Below the pieces are notes generated by a model. It worked only from the letters and a program-made list of their open reading frames with translations. It was not told the DNA's origin and made no database searches. A stretch of DNA of 64,000 nt, from the IMG/VR virus record IMGVR_UViG_3300032312_001958; one strand, 5' to 3'. A program made the position numbers and the translations under genes. Within the stretch, counting starts at the first letter, position 1. Each line of letters starts with the position of its first letter. Positions 47,900 to 58,300 of this stretch are shown piece by piece. This DNA is from a virus. Taxonomy: Duplodnaviria > Caudoviricetes.

Positions 47900-48041
47900 T
47901 TACTACGAAGTACAGATGAATGAGTTTCTTTTATTATCAATGAAACTCAATATGTCCTACGAAGATTTCTTACTTATACCCGTATTCCAAAGAAGGTATT
48001 TAATTAATAAATTAGTTGAAATGAATACGCCTAAGGAATAA
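47886..48041 (+). CDS. gp51-like / chaperone C-terminal extension in the +1 frame (own ATG at 47916 possible)
   Basis: Not in ORF track. GLSSDYYEVQMNEFLLLSMKLNMSYEDFLLIPVFQRRYLINKLVEMNTPKE*; this frame is open from 47865. Confidence 0.7.
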   Translation, partial: GLSSDYYEVQMNEFLLLSMKLNMSYEDFLLIPVFQRRYLINKLVEMNTPKE

Positions 48042-48067
48042 AAATTTTTTTTTAGTTATTTATATGT

Positions 48068-50086
48068 ATGGGATTTTTAGAAGATTTAGGTTCAGGTCTT
48101 AAAGATGTATTAGATGCATTTGTTGGCTCATTAGGAAGTTCTCTTAAAGAAAGTATAAGTACTGATGTTATATTAGACAACTTAGATAGAGTTGACGTAG
48201 GTATGACTCAGATTATAGGAGGGATGGGTGCTGGTCGAGAATTATCCCATTTAATAAAGTCAAATATTGCCGGTGCGTACACCAACGTCAAACTTTTAGG
48301 TGGTGATTTAGAAAACATTGTACAACAACAACAAAATCTAAATGACAGTACTGGTAGACAATTAATATTACAAAGAGAATATCACGACGATTTATTTGCG
48401 ACAACTAAAGTAACTGAACAATCCGCTCACGAATTGATTACCGCATTTGATAATGCTGGTAAGTCAGTTTATGACATTAAAAATACAATGGAAGGTGTTG
48501 TAAATCAGTCAAGGTCATTAGGATTAAACGCAACCGAAGTATCAACACGAATGGTTGCTAATCTTGAAAAGATGAACATGTACGGATTTGAAAGAGGTGT
48601 TGAAGGTTTGAGTAGGATGGCTGCTAAATCCGCAATGTTTAAGCTTGACATGAGTTCAACATTTAATTTGGCGGATAAATTAATAAGTCCTGAACAAGCT
48701 GTTGAGTTTTCTGCAAGATTACAATCTTTAGGTATACAAAGTGAACTTATTGACCCATTTAGAGCTATGGATTTGGCGACGAATGATATGGAAGAGTTAC
48801 AAAACCAAATGATTGAGTTAGGTAAGGGGATGACTTACTATAACGAACAAACAGGAAAAGTAGAAATATTCAAAGAAAAAAGAGGGGTTATTAAAGAGTT
48901 AGCAGCTGCGGCTGGAATGACTTCTACAGAATTTAGTCGAATGATAGTTCAGAGTGAAACTTTGAACAGGAAAATGGCTGAAATTAAAATGCCTAATTTA
49001 AATATTACTGAAGACCAAAAAACTATGATTGCTAATTTAGCGGCAATGAAGGACGGTCCACAAGGTAAAGGATATTATGTACAAATAGAAAAAGACGATG
49101 GTACAACTACGGAAAAACTTGTATCTTCACTAGACGACAAAGACATACAAAAATTAGCCGACCAAGTTGCGAATCCAAAAACTATGGAAGAATTGGCTCA
49201 AGACCAAGTAGATTTCTTGTCAAGAATGGCAAATAGTTTAGACGCCATTAAAAACGGACCAAGTATGGGTATTGCAGGTTCTAAATTAGGTGAAGGTGTG
49301 GTTGATTTAACAATCGCGGCAGATGCTTTAGTTTATAAACCTTTGGCTAAAGCAATGGATTCAGGTAAAATTTCTGATATTATTGATAAATCAGGTGATG
49401 ATTTAAAAAAAATATATGAAAGTATAACTACTTCGGCAAGCGGATTTGACGGTACTATTGCAGGATTTAAATCGTTACTAAACACAGGTCTTGATGGTAT
49501 TACTAATGCGACACTTGATGCGGCACTTGAATTCCAAAACAATTTAAAGCAAGTTAAAAGATTAGGTACTTTTGCAAATTATGGTGAGGTTTTAGATAAG
49601 GCGAATGTTAATGAATATAAAGTTGGCGAAATTAATGACGGGTTTGTATATGGTCAGGGAAATAATAAACAAATAGTACAAACACATCCTGATGATAATG
49701 CGTTTTTCGCTCAAAGACAAGGAATGGTTGCTGCGATGGGAGGTATGGACATTCTTCAAAAAGTTAAAGAAACTATCATAAGTGCTAACGCACCTACAAA
49801 CAATAATAACAATTATTTTGAACAATTCCAAAGTATGGTGATGAACCAAAATAATACTAAAGAAGTTAACCATAAAATGGACCCTATAAAACATGAGGGG
49901 GAATTAAAATTTTCGATTGATATAAACGCACCTGCTGGCGTAGATACAAGGGCGTTAAATGAAATATTTAAAAATAATAGAGGTTTTATGGAAAATTTAG
50001 TTGTTCAATTTAATAAACAAATGGATAACAATTATTTCACAAAGGCACCTACTGATGCTAATAGAACTTATATTAATGCGGGATAA
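48068..50086 (+). CDS. Tape measure protein
   Basis: Helical, A/G/M-rich, 672 aa, directly after the chaperone. Confidence 0.75.
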   Translation: MGFLEDLGSGLKDVLDAFVGSLGSSLKESISTDVILDNLDRVDVGMTQIIGGMGAGRELSHLIKSNIAGAYTNVKLLGGDLENIVQQQQNLNDSTGRQLILQREYHDDLFATTKVTEQSAHELITAFDNAGKSVYDIKNTMEGVVNQSRSLGLNATEVSTRMVANLEKMNMYGFERGVEGLSRMAAKSAMFKLDMSSTFNLADKLISPEQAVEFSARLQSLGIQSELIDPFRAMDLATNDMEELQNQMIELGKGMTYYNEQTGKVEIFKEKRGVIKELAAAAGMTSTEFSRMIVQSETLNRKMAEIKMPNLNITEDQKTMIANLAAMKDGPQGKGYYVQIEKDDGTTTEKLVSSLDDKDIQKLADQVANPKTMEELAQDQVDFLSRMANSLDAIKNGPSMGIAGSKLGEGVVDLTIAADALVYKPLAKAMDSGKISDIIDKSGDDLKKIYESITTSASGFDGTIAGFKSLLNTGLDGITNATLDAALEFQNNLKQVKRLGTFANYGEVLDKANVNEYKVGEINDGFVYGQGNNKQIVQTHPDDNAFFAQRQGMVAAMGGMDILQKVKETIISANAPTNNNNNYFEQFQSMVMNQNNTKEVNHKMDPIKHEGELKFSIDINAPAGVDTRALNEIFKNNRGFMENLVVQFNKQMDNNYFTKAPTDANRTYINAG

Positions 50087-50125
50087 AATTTCTTTTCAAT
50101 CTATTTATTAAAAAAATAGATATAA

Positions 50126-53100
50126 ATGCCAGAAGTACCATTATCATATTTAAGTACTCAAACTTTAAGGGATTCATTATTGTCAAGAAACTTACAACCC
50201 TATGCGGTTCAAGGTAATTTTAATCCAAACGTACAAAATCAAACTCCTGAATACATTCAATCAAACTCAAGTGTGGTTGATTCACCGTCAATAACTACAA
50301 ATATTGACTCCCCAATGTATCAGTCAAGATTATTAGGTGCGTTAAATGAATATGGACCTGTAAATACTCAAGACGGTGCTGAACTAATTAGTACTTTACA
50401 AACCTACAATGTTACTCAAACTACCGATGACCAAGGTAATCCTATTAGTGTAATTGGTAATTTTAATGAATATGATTTAAGTGATGAAAAATTACCATTA
50501 ATAACTTCTGACTTCTATAGATTATCAGTTGGTGTTAATAAATTTAAAAGTACTGGAGACGGGTTATTATATTTTGTAACCACAGTTATTTTACCATCTT
50601 TAGGACAACCTTATTACACAAACATTGTTGGTGGAGTCTCTTCATATTCACTTTATTCAATATTAACCGAAGATAACCCAACAGGTAGTATTGGGCCAAT
50701 GTCTAATGATACCGTTTTGGTTAAAATTGGTGCTCAAAAATTAAAAGATTATTTCACAGAAAGAATTAATAGAGAAATTTCCGATGCTTTAAATCCAATA
50801 AATCAAGACGCATTAAATAATCCTTTTGCATTATTAACAGGTGTTGAACCTTTAATTGATAGAGACTATAGAATAACGGTAGGACCACTAAGAATAGTAT
50901 CAACTTTAGAAAGAATTTCAGGTACGTATTTTCCAGTTTCAATAATACCTGGAAATTATTTAACAAACCCTGATAGTCAGCAAGCTTTTTTTGGACAAAT
51001 TGTAAATGCGTTTAATCAAACGGGACTTGGAAAACTTGCCGCAAAATTATTTAGAACAAATCAAGACACTCCTTCTGAGTTATTTTTAGAAAGTACGGGT
51101 GGAGCTCAAAAATCCTTTTTATTTAAAAATTTAGACTACAACATATATAAACCTTATTACAAAAGACCAATTTTAGGTAGAATATTAGACGCAATAAATC
51201 CGTTTGATAATGAGTCGAGTGTTGGGTATTATTACATTGGGTCCAAAGATGTTAATGTAAGTACTTTAACTTCACCATCAGGAGAACTACCCGAAGATGC
51301 TCAAGGTAATGAGTTATCGGCGATTGTTTACGGTCAAGACATTGTTTCCGAAACGTTTGAAGGTAAAAGAATATCAAGTATTGATTTTGGATTGAAGGGT
51401 AAGGCCACCTATGACTCAACCGCAAATGTTGACGGAGGGTTCTTATGGTCATCAACTAAAACATTAGAAAGTGCCGGTAAGAGAGCTGGATTGTCAGGGG
51501 GGACTAGAAGTGAAGACCCTGAATACAGAATCATTGAAAACGTTATCCAAGGACACGCTTCTCAAAACCTATTAGTTTCAACAAATTCCGATTTTGTTAG
51601 AGACAATAGTCTTTTAGTTAAAACTCAACAGTTAATTGATTCTGCTGATAAAGTTGAAGGTGAAAGAAAACTTAAACACGCTGGTAATGCGATAAATCAA
51701 ATAAGTAAAGTTTTTCATGATGGATATAAAATCATGACTAAAGGTTCACAGGTCATGACATACACTGACTCAAATATTAACCCAATTGGTATTGAGTATT
51801 GTAGAGTTTTTACTAAAGATACACCGTACTATACATTTAACGATTTACAAAAAACAACGGCAAGAATTGACGGTTCAGAAATTGATGGAAATATAAGAAA
51901 ATCAACATATTCAGTTTTAGATTCCACATTTAATTTAAATATTGCACCATGGAGAGGAGATAGTTCTACAAATATATTTAATCCAGGACGTGAAGATGCT
52001 TATGTTAAAAAATACATGTTCTCAATTGAAAATTTGGCATGGGCTGGTTCAAAAAGAAAGGGATTCACTTACAATGATTTACCTGTATGTGAAAGAGGAC
52101 CAAATGGAGGTAGAGTTATGTGGTTTCCACCATATGGGTTAACCTTCACTGATTCATCTACTGCTAATTTTCATTCAAATAGTTTTTTAGGTAGACCAGA
52201 ACCAATATACACTTATAAAGATACATCAAGAAGTGGAACTTTATCTTGGAAAATAATTGTTGACCACCCGTCAATAACTAATCTTTTAGTTGATAAAGTT
52301 TATAAAAGTTTAGATGATAAGGTGTTAAATAAAGTGATGGATTCATTTTTTTCAGGGTGTAAAAAATATGATTTATATGAATTGGCAAGTAGTTATAATT
52401 TTTTCCCTATAGATTTCTTTTTTGAAGTACAAACAGTTTTAGAGGGGGGAGGTGTTGAAGTTCATGAAATAGAAAGAATTGTACAAGAACAAATACCAAC
52501 AGTTGTACCAAATCCTGTTCCACCACCAGGACCCGCATTTGATAGTTCTAAATACGAAGGTAAATATGGTTTTTATTATGAAAATGATTATCCTGACCCT
52601 GATACTACTCAAACAACAACTACAACTAATTATCAAAATTTATATGACACATATATACAACAAAAAGATTTATATCTTGGATATGCTAATGAAGACAAGA
52701 GAGAAGGTGTAGAAAAAATGTTTAGTGTTATTGAATGGAATTGGACTAAAGTTAAGGAAATGATGACTGAACTTTATCAGGATATGACTGATGGAAAAAT
52801 TACACAATGTATAATATATCTTGACGGAACAACATCGGCATCTGCAAGTGTATCATATAATAAAAAATTGGCGGAAAGAAGGGTTAGTAATGTGAAAAAT
52901 ATGTTTAGTACTTTTTCATTTGATGGTACTAATACATTTGCTCAATTAATTAATGACAATAAATTGTTAATTCAAACAAAAGCTTTAGGAGAAGTTGCAA
53001 CTGTTAATGTTGTAGGACCAGATTTCAATTCTACATTTGTTTGTAATGATGTTACTTTACAACAACCACCAACAGACAGTTGGTATTCTGCTAATGCTAT

Positions 53101-55018
53101 GGGATGTAGAAGAGTAGGTATAAGAGAGATAAAGGTAACTCCTGCAGAAAATGAACCCCAACCTGATAATGGAGAACAAATCATTTTAGTACCGACAGAA
53201 GTACCTGTTACTGATAGAGTTGAAATACAAATTCCTCAGACAAGTAGAACTACACAAAAACCATATGATAAAATTGCAAAAAAATTCATTAGATTTCTTT
53301 TGAGCGAATGTGATTATTTTGATATGATTAAAGGTTCTGACCCAATTTTTTATGATAGTTTTAGTCAAAAAATAAAACATTTTCATCCTGCGTTTCACTC
53401 AATGACTCCTGAAGGATTGAATTCAAGATTAACTTTCTTAAATCAATGTGTGAGACCTGGTGATACAATACCAACTTATGATTCTGACTCCAAAAGTTTT
53501 GTTCAAAATGATGCAATAAACACTTCTTTTGGTACCCCACCAGTTTTAGTATTAAGGGTTGGTGACTTTTATAATACTAAAATCATCCCAAACAGTCTTA
53601 GTTTTACTTATGAAAATTTAGATATAAATCCTGAAGGTATTGGGGTTCAACCAATGATTGCTAATGTTACTTTGAATTTCAACATAATAGGTGGAATGGG
53701 ACTTAAAGAACCCGTAGATAGATTACAAAATGCGTTATCATTCAACTTTTACGCTAATACTGAAATGTATGATGATAGAGCTGAAGAAACTGAAAATACA
53801 GACGCTTTAGATGAAAGTATAATTGCGGCAATTTTTGAGAAAAAACCAATTAATCCAATTCTTAATAACGGATTACCTCAAACTAATGGAGGCACAACAA
53901 TTGGGGAAATTCAGTCAAAATTTTACACTAGTAGTGGAATTACCGGTACTACAAATTATAAACAAATAATGAATACATTGTTAGACCAAACTATTGGTTA
54001 TTATGAAATTGTTTATAACAGTGTTAACAAAATGATTACTGATTATGGATTTGGAGCATTTCAAGCTGTAACAAAATACAATAATTGTTACACTGGTGAA
54101 ATTAGAAGATTTAGTACTCCTCAAACAGTTATAATTGCAGGTAAGTACGTCGATTACCAACAGATATTTGATAATTTGGCAACTAATTTAATTGATAATA
54201 TTGACACCAATTATATGGTCGTTAGTATGGAAGATGCTGGATTTAGGAATTCTGATATTCGTAAATTTAAAAATAATTTAAAATCTTTTATAACCGAATC
54301 TAAAAACAACACATTACAAGGATTAAATTCTATAATTAATGATTTAACCTCTTTTCAAGAAAATTACGTTCAAACTTTTAGAAAATTAAATTATGTTGAT
54401 TTATTAAATGATGGTTATCTTTTGTCGGACAATAAAACGGTTGTTTATGATATAGACGGGTCATCGACTGAGTTTATTAATTTAAGATTAAACTACGACC
54501 AAGTTGGTACTGATTTAACAGATTATTTAAACCAATATAAAAATACTTATGGGTTTTTAAATAATGATTATGACACATCAACTTTTGAAATATCTCCTGA
54601 TTATTTTTTAGATACGGATTTACAATTTCAAAAAATGGGGACAATATTTTGGAGTACTTATAAGTCTTCATCAAATGTTGAAGATATAATTGATAAATTA
54701 ACTATTGGAATTAACGATGTAACTAATCCTCAAAATCTTTACAATTTTGTTAAAGATGTGTTTTTTTATGTTATGGAACAATATGGTATTGGTCAAGAAG
54801 AAGTATTAAGTGCATTAGATGGTTTAGGTATTCTTTATAGTGAAGATTATGATAAAGATTCATATACTCCTTATAATAAAGACGTTGATGTTATTGTTGA
54901 CTTTACTGAAACACTATCACCAACAACACAACAATCAATCGAACTTCAGAATATATATAAAACAGTAAATTTGACTGAAGAACTATTAACTTTTAACGAT
55001 AAAATAAAATTTATATAA
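50126..55018 (+). CDS. Large baseplate/tail protein with internal OmpA-like domain
   Basis: FLGRPEPIYTY..TSRSG.LSW and PPVLVLRVGDFY...LSFTY...PMIANVTLNF (tube-initiator/gp48-54-like); YNKKLAERR (OmpA-like). Confidence 0.65.
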   Translation: MPEVPLSYLSTQTLRDSLLSRNLQPYAVQGNFNPNVQNQTPEYIQSNSSVVDSPSITTNIDSPMYQSRLLGALNEYGPVNTQDGAELISTLQTYNVTQTTDDQGNPISVIGNFNEYDLSDEKLPLITSDFYRLSVGVNKFKSTGDGLLYFVTTVILPSLGQPYYTNIVGGVSSYSLYSILTEDNPTGSIGPMSNDTVLVKIGAQKLKDYFTERINREISDALNPINQDALNNPFALLTGVEPLIDRDYRITVGPLRIVSTLERISGTYFPVSIIPGNYLTNPDSQQAFFGQIVNAFNQTGLGKLAAKLFRTNQDTPSELFLESTGGAQKSFLFKNLDYNIYKPYYKRPILGRILDAINPFDNESSVGYYYIGSKDVNVSTLTSPSGELPEDAQGNELSAIVYGQDIVSETFEGKRISSIDFGLKGKATYDSTANVDGGFLWSSTKTLESAGKRAGLSGGTRSEDPEYRIIENVIQGHASQNLLVSTNSDFVRDNSLLVKTQQLIDSADKVEGERKLKHAGNAINQISKVFHDGYKIMTKGSQVMTYTDSNINPIGIEYCRVFTKDTPYYTFNDLQKTTARIDGSEIDGNIRKSTYSVLDSTFNLNIAPWRGDSSTNIFNPGREDAYVKKYMFSIENLAWAGSKRKGFTYNDLPVCERGPNGGRVMWFPPYGLTFTDSSTANFHSNSFLGRPEPIYTYKDTSRSGTLSWKIIVDHPSITNLLVDKVYKSLDDKVLNKVMDSFFSGCKKYDLYELASSYNFFPIDFFFEVQTVLEGGGVEVHEIERIVQEQIPTVVPNPVPPPGPAFDSSKYEGKYGFYYENDYPDPDTTQTTTTTNYQNLYDTYIQQKDLYLGYANEDKREGVEKMFSVIEWNWTKVKEMMTELYQDMTDGKITQCIIYLDGTTSASASVSYNKKLAERRVSNVKNMFSTFSFDGTNTFAQLINDNKLLIQTKALGEVATVNVVGPDFNSTFVCNDVTLQQPPTDSWYSANAMGCRRVGIREIKVTPAENEPQPDNGEQIILVPTEVPVTDRVEIQIPQTSRTTQKPYDKIAKKFIRFLLSECDYFDMIKGSDPIFYDSFSQKIKHFHPAFHSMTPEGLNSRLTFLNQCVRPGDTIPTYDSDSKSFVQNDAINTSFGTPPVLVLRVGDFYNTKIIPNSLSFTYENLDINPEGIGVQPMIANVTLNFNIIGGMGLKEPVDRLQNALSFNFYANTEMYDDRAEETENTDALDESIIAAIFEKKPINPILNNGLPQTNGGTTIGEIQSKFYTSSGITGTTNYKQIMNTLLDQTIGYYEIVYNSVNKMITDYGFGAFQAVTKYNNCYTGEIRRFSTPQTVIIAGKYVDYQQIFDNLATNLIDNIDTNYMVVSMEDAGFRNSDIRKFKNNLKSFITESKNNTLQGLNSIINDLTSFQENYVQTFRKLNYVDLLNDGYLLSDNKTVVYDIDGSSTEFINLRLNYDQVGTDLTDYLNQYKNTYGFLNNDYDTSTFEISPDYFLDTDLQFQKMGTIFWSTYKSSSNVEDIIDKLTIGINDVTNPQNLYNFVKDVFFYVMEQYGIGQEEVLSALDGLGILYSEDYDKDSYTPYNKDVDVIVDFTETLSPTTQQSIELQNIYKTVNLTEELLTFNDKIKFI

Positions 55019-55019
55019 C

Positions 55020-55343
55020 ATGGCACTTCAATACTACAACAGATATAAAGGATTTTTAGTTAATGGAGTTCAAAATATTGTTCCTTACGTTAGGTTAACT
55101 TCTAAATCTTCTGATAAAAGATACATTTACAGGTCAGGAAGGACAAGATTAGACAAAGTCTCACAACAAATATACGGTACTCCTTATTTTGGTTGGTTAA
55201 TTTTACAGGCAAACCCACAGTTTGGTGGGTTAGAAAATAATATACCCGATGGATACTCGTTAAGAGTACCATTTCCTTTAGACACAAGTTTATTAGATTA
55301 TAAAAATCAGTTAGACAATTATTTTTTCTATTATGGCAGATAA
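55020..55343 (+). CDS. Baseplate wedge / LysM-like (gp53 / tail X-like) protein
   Basis: RLDKVSQQIYGTPYFGWLILQANP...IPDGYSLRVP. Confidence 0.75.
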   Translation: MALQYYNRYKGFLVNGVQNIVPYVRLTSKSSDKRYIYRSGRTRLDKVSQQIYGTPYFGWLILQANPQFGGLENNIPDGYSLRVPFPLDTSLLDYKNQLDNYFFYYGR

Positions 55344-58300
55344 ACCAATCTACGTTGAATTCGATTACGAAAATATATTTTTAGTTGACCCAAACTCAGT
55401 TACTACAGATGACGGAGGAAGGGAAGACAGATACGTTAAACAAGAATCACTAATAATGTATGCGAACTTGGAGTGTAAATTAAGTCCAAGAAGTAAATTA
55501 ACATATGGTGTTGCAAATGGTCAAGTTGGTTCTGAAACTGTTACAATAGGTAAAATTAATTTTTTAAAACCTAATGATAAAGATTTTTTAGAAAACAATT
55601 ATTTGGGGGAACTTTTAGGTACAGATGAAAAAGTTAATGCTGCAAGAAGTAAAAATTATGCCCAACAGTCAAGAGAATTTTTTAATTTTGATGATAATAT
55701 AACGAATAATAATAGTATTATTGATAATGGTTTTTTAGGTATAACAAATATACAAGTAAGAACTAATTCCGCATTTGTACCTACAGTAACAATTACTTTA
55801 GTTGATGTTAGGGGCAGGGCAATGTTTGAACAAGGTAATAATTCACCTTATGCTGCATTTTTTTCATTACCATACCCAATATTTTATTTAACACTTAAAG
55901 GTTATTACGGTAAGGCTGTACAATACCCTTTATTGTTACAAAAATTCAATTCATCGTATGATTCATCTTCTGGTAATTTTATTGTATCTCTAACATTCAT
56001 AACTTACAAGTATGGTCCGTTTGGAGACATAACTATGGGAGAAATAATGGCGTTACCTCATATGTACACCACTAAATTTACAACAACAAGTCAAACAAAT
56101 AATTCAAACTCAAGTGATAGTCGAGTTGTCGAAACCCAAACCTCCCAAAGAGGGTACCAAAGGTTGGTAGAATTATATGACAAATATAGAAATAGTGACC
56201 CACCATTAATTACAGATTTACCAAATATTACTATACAGGAGTTAATGTATAAATTAGATAAATTTGTACAAGACATATTAAATAACTCAGGTAAAGTAGA
56301 TTTACAACCACTTACAAATTGTGACTTGTTTTTAACAAATTTAGAAAAGTTCCAAGGTGATGTTTATTTTTATAGAGGTGAATCTTGGTTTGATAAGTAC
56401 ATTAATACTATAAATTTTTATATATCTAAAACAGATGGAAAAAAATATTATACGTTTAAAGAAGATAAAGAACTTGACCAACAAACTAAAATTGATTCTA
56501 TTGCGGAATTAAAAAAAATCATAGTTCAATATAATGACTCATTGGCGAAATGTAATATTGGATTAACCTCTGATGTTGATATATCAAATTTTTTAGTTTC
56601 ATTGTCACCTGACGAGGTTGACCCAGTTGCGACTTATAAAGCAAGAAACAATAAAGCCCCAACACCTGATGAACTAACAGGATTTACACAATCATTAAAT
56701 CAATTAGTTAAAGGTGCGGTGACCATAAACAGTGATGGTACAAATTTTCAGACTAATCAATTTTTTATTTTTGAAGGTGTCCCAAATGACGAAACCTTTA
56801 TTACAAAAACAAGTAATCTAAAAAAACGAGCAATTGAGATTAGAGAAGAAAATGAAAAAAAATTCTCAGAAGAATTAGTTAAAATTTTAGAAAATCCGCA
56901 AACTGGTATTGGGTTTAAACCGACAATTAGAAATATCATTTCAATCTTTGTTGTTTCTGTTGAAGCGTTTTATTCATTACTTGATGATGTTCATACAAAG
57001 GCTTATGATAAAAGGTATGATAACGCAAGAAAATCTGAATTTACTGAAAATGATTATAATTGTTTAGAAACATCCCAAACAATTGATGAAGCCGTAGTAT
57101 ATCCATGGCCGCTTTTTACAGTTAAAAAAAATAATACTTCAGGTGATACAAGTTATGAAATTGCGTATCCTGGAGATAGGAAGTATCAAAATGTTGTTAA
57201 ATCATATGATTACAGTGTTTGGCCTGAAGTTGAGTTTGTCGAAGAGTTTGCAAATGCTTTTGCTCAAAGAGAGTCGGTACCAAATCCATATACTTCAAAC
57301 CGAAATGAAAACAAAGATGTTTATAGATTATCTTTGTCTACTTTTGACGCACCAATTAAAAATATCATATTTTCAAATAAAGAAATTACAAAATTTTTAT
57401 ACGAAATAATTGAGAGAATTATTTTGAATACGAATTACCAAGGACTACAAAGAGATACTGCAAAAAAAACACAAATTATAAATTTTATTTCAGATGCTAT
57501 AAGTAAAAGTATTAAAGAAAGTATAGGTACTGGTAGTCCTGACTTGTTAAATCTTTTTTCAAATTATAAAATAGACGTTGCGTCCTTCAATGAATTTTTA
57601 AAAACAATATCAAATAATGGTAATGGTGAATCTTACAACAAATATATTAGAGATTATTTTGTCACACAAGAAATAGAAAAAATAATACAAACCCCAACAA
57701 TAATTTATAAAGATTTTTTAACAGAATTTTCAAAACCTAACTTAGACTTTAAAAATGTTGAACAACTTTTTGGAATTTATACAGGTACTACAAGTAATAC
57801 TTACTATTTTTTTGATACATTACCTTACATAAGTGATAATTGGTTATCTTCAAATGTAACAAATGGGAAAACAATTACAAATTATGAGTTGTTTAACAAT
57901 ACAACCAAATCAATAATGTTCAACCCATATTATAAAACTACAACAAATTTTGAATCATTTACAAATGTTGATGTAAATCGACCAGTTACTAATTTTAATG
58001 TAAGAGCATCACAACAAATTAATACAAACAATTTTTCAAATGAATTTTATACTAATCTTCTAACTGACAATACCCAACTTTTAACGACTGTGGGTAGTGT
58101 TTATTATAGTAGTTATAATAATTTAATGACACAAGCTCAGTGTACTTCAATTTTTAACACTCCGTTTTTTGTAAATGCTATACAAAATGGTGTTAATAAT
58201 GAAAAATCAGGAGCTCCGTATCCGTATACTGAGGCGGCTTATTTGTTGTTAAATAGTTTACCATTGGCAACTTTGAGTCAAAGATTTAAAGACTATCAAC

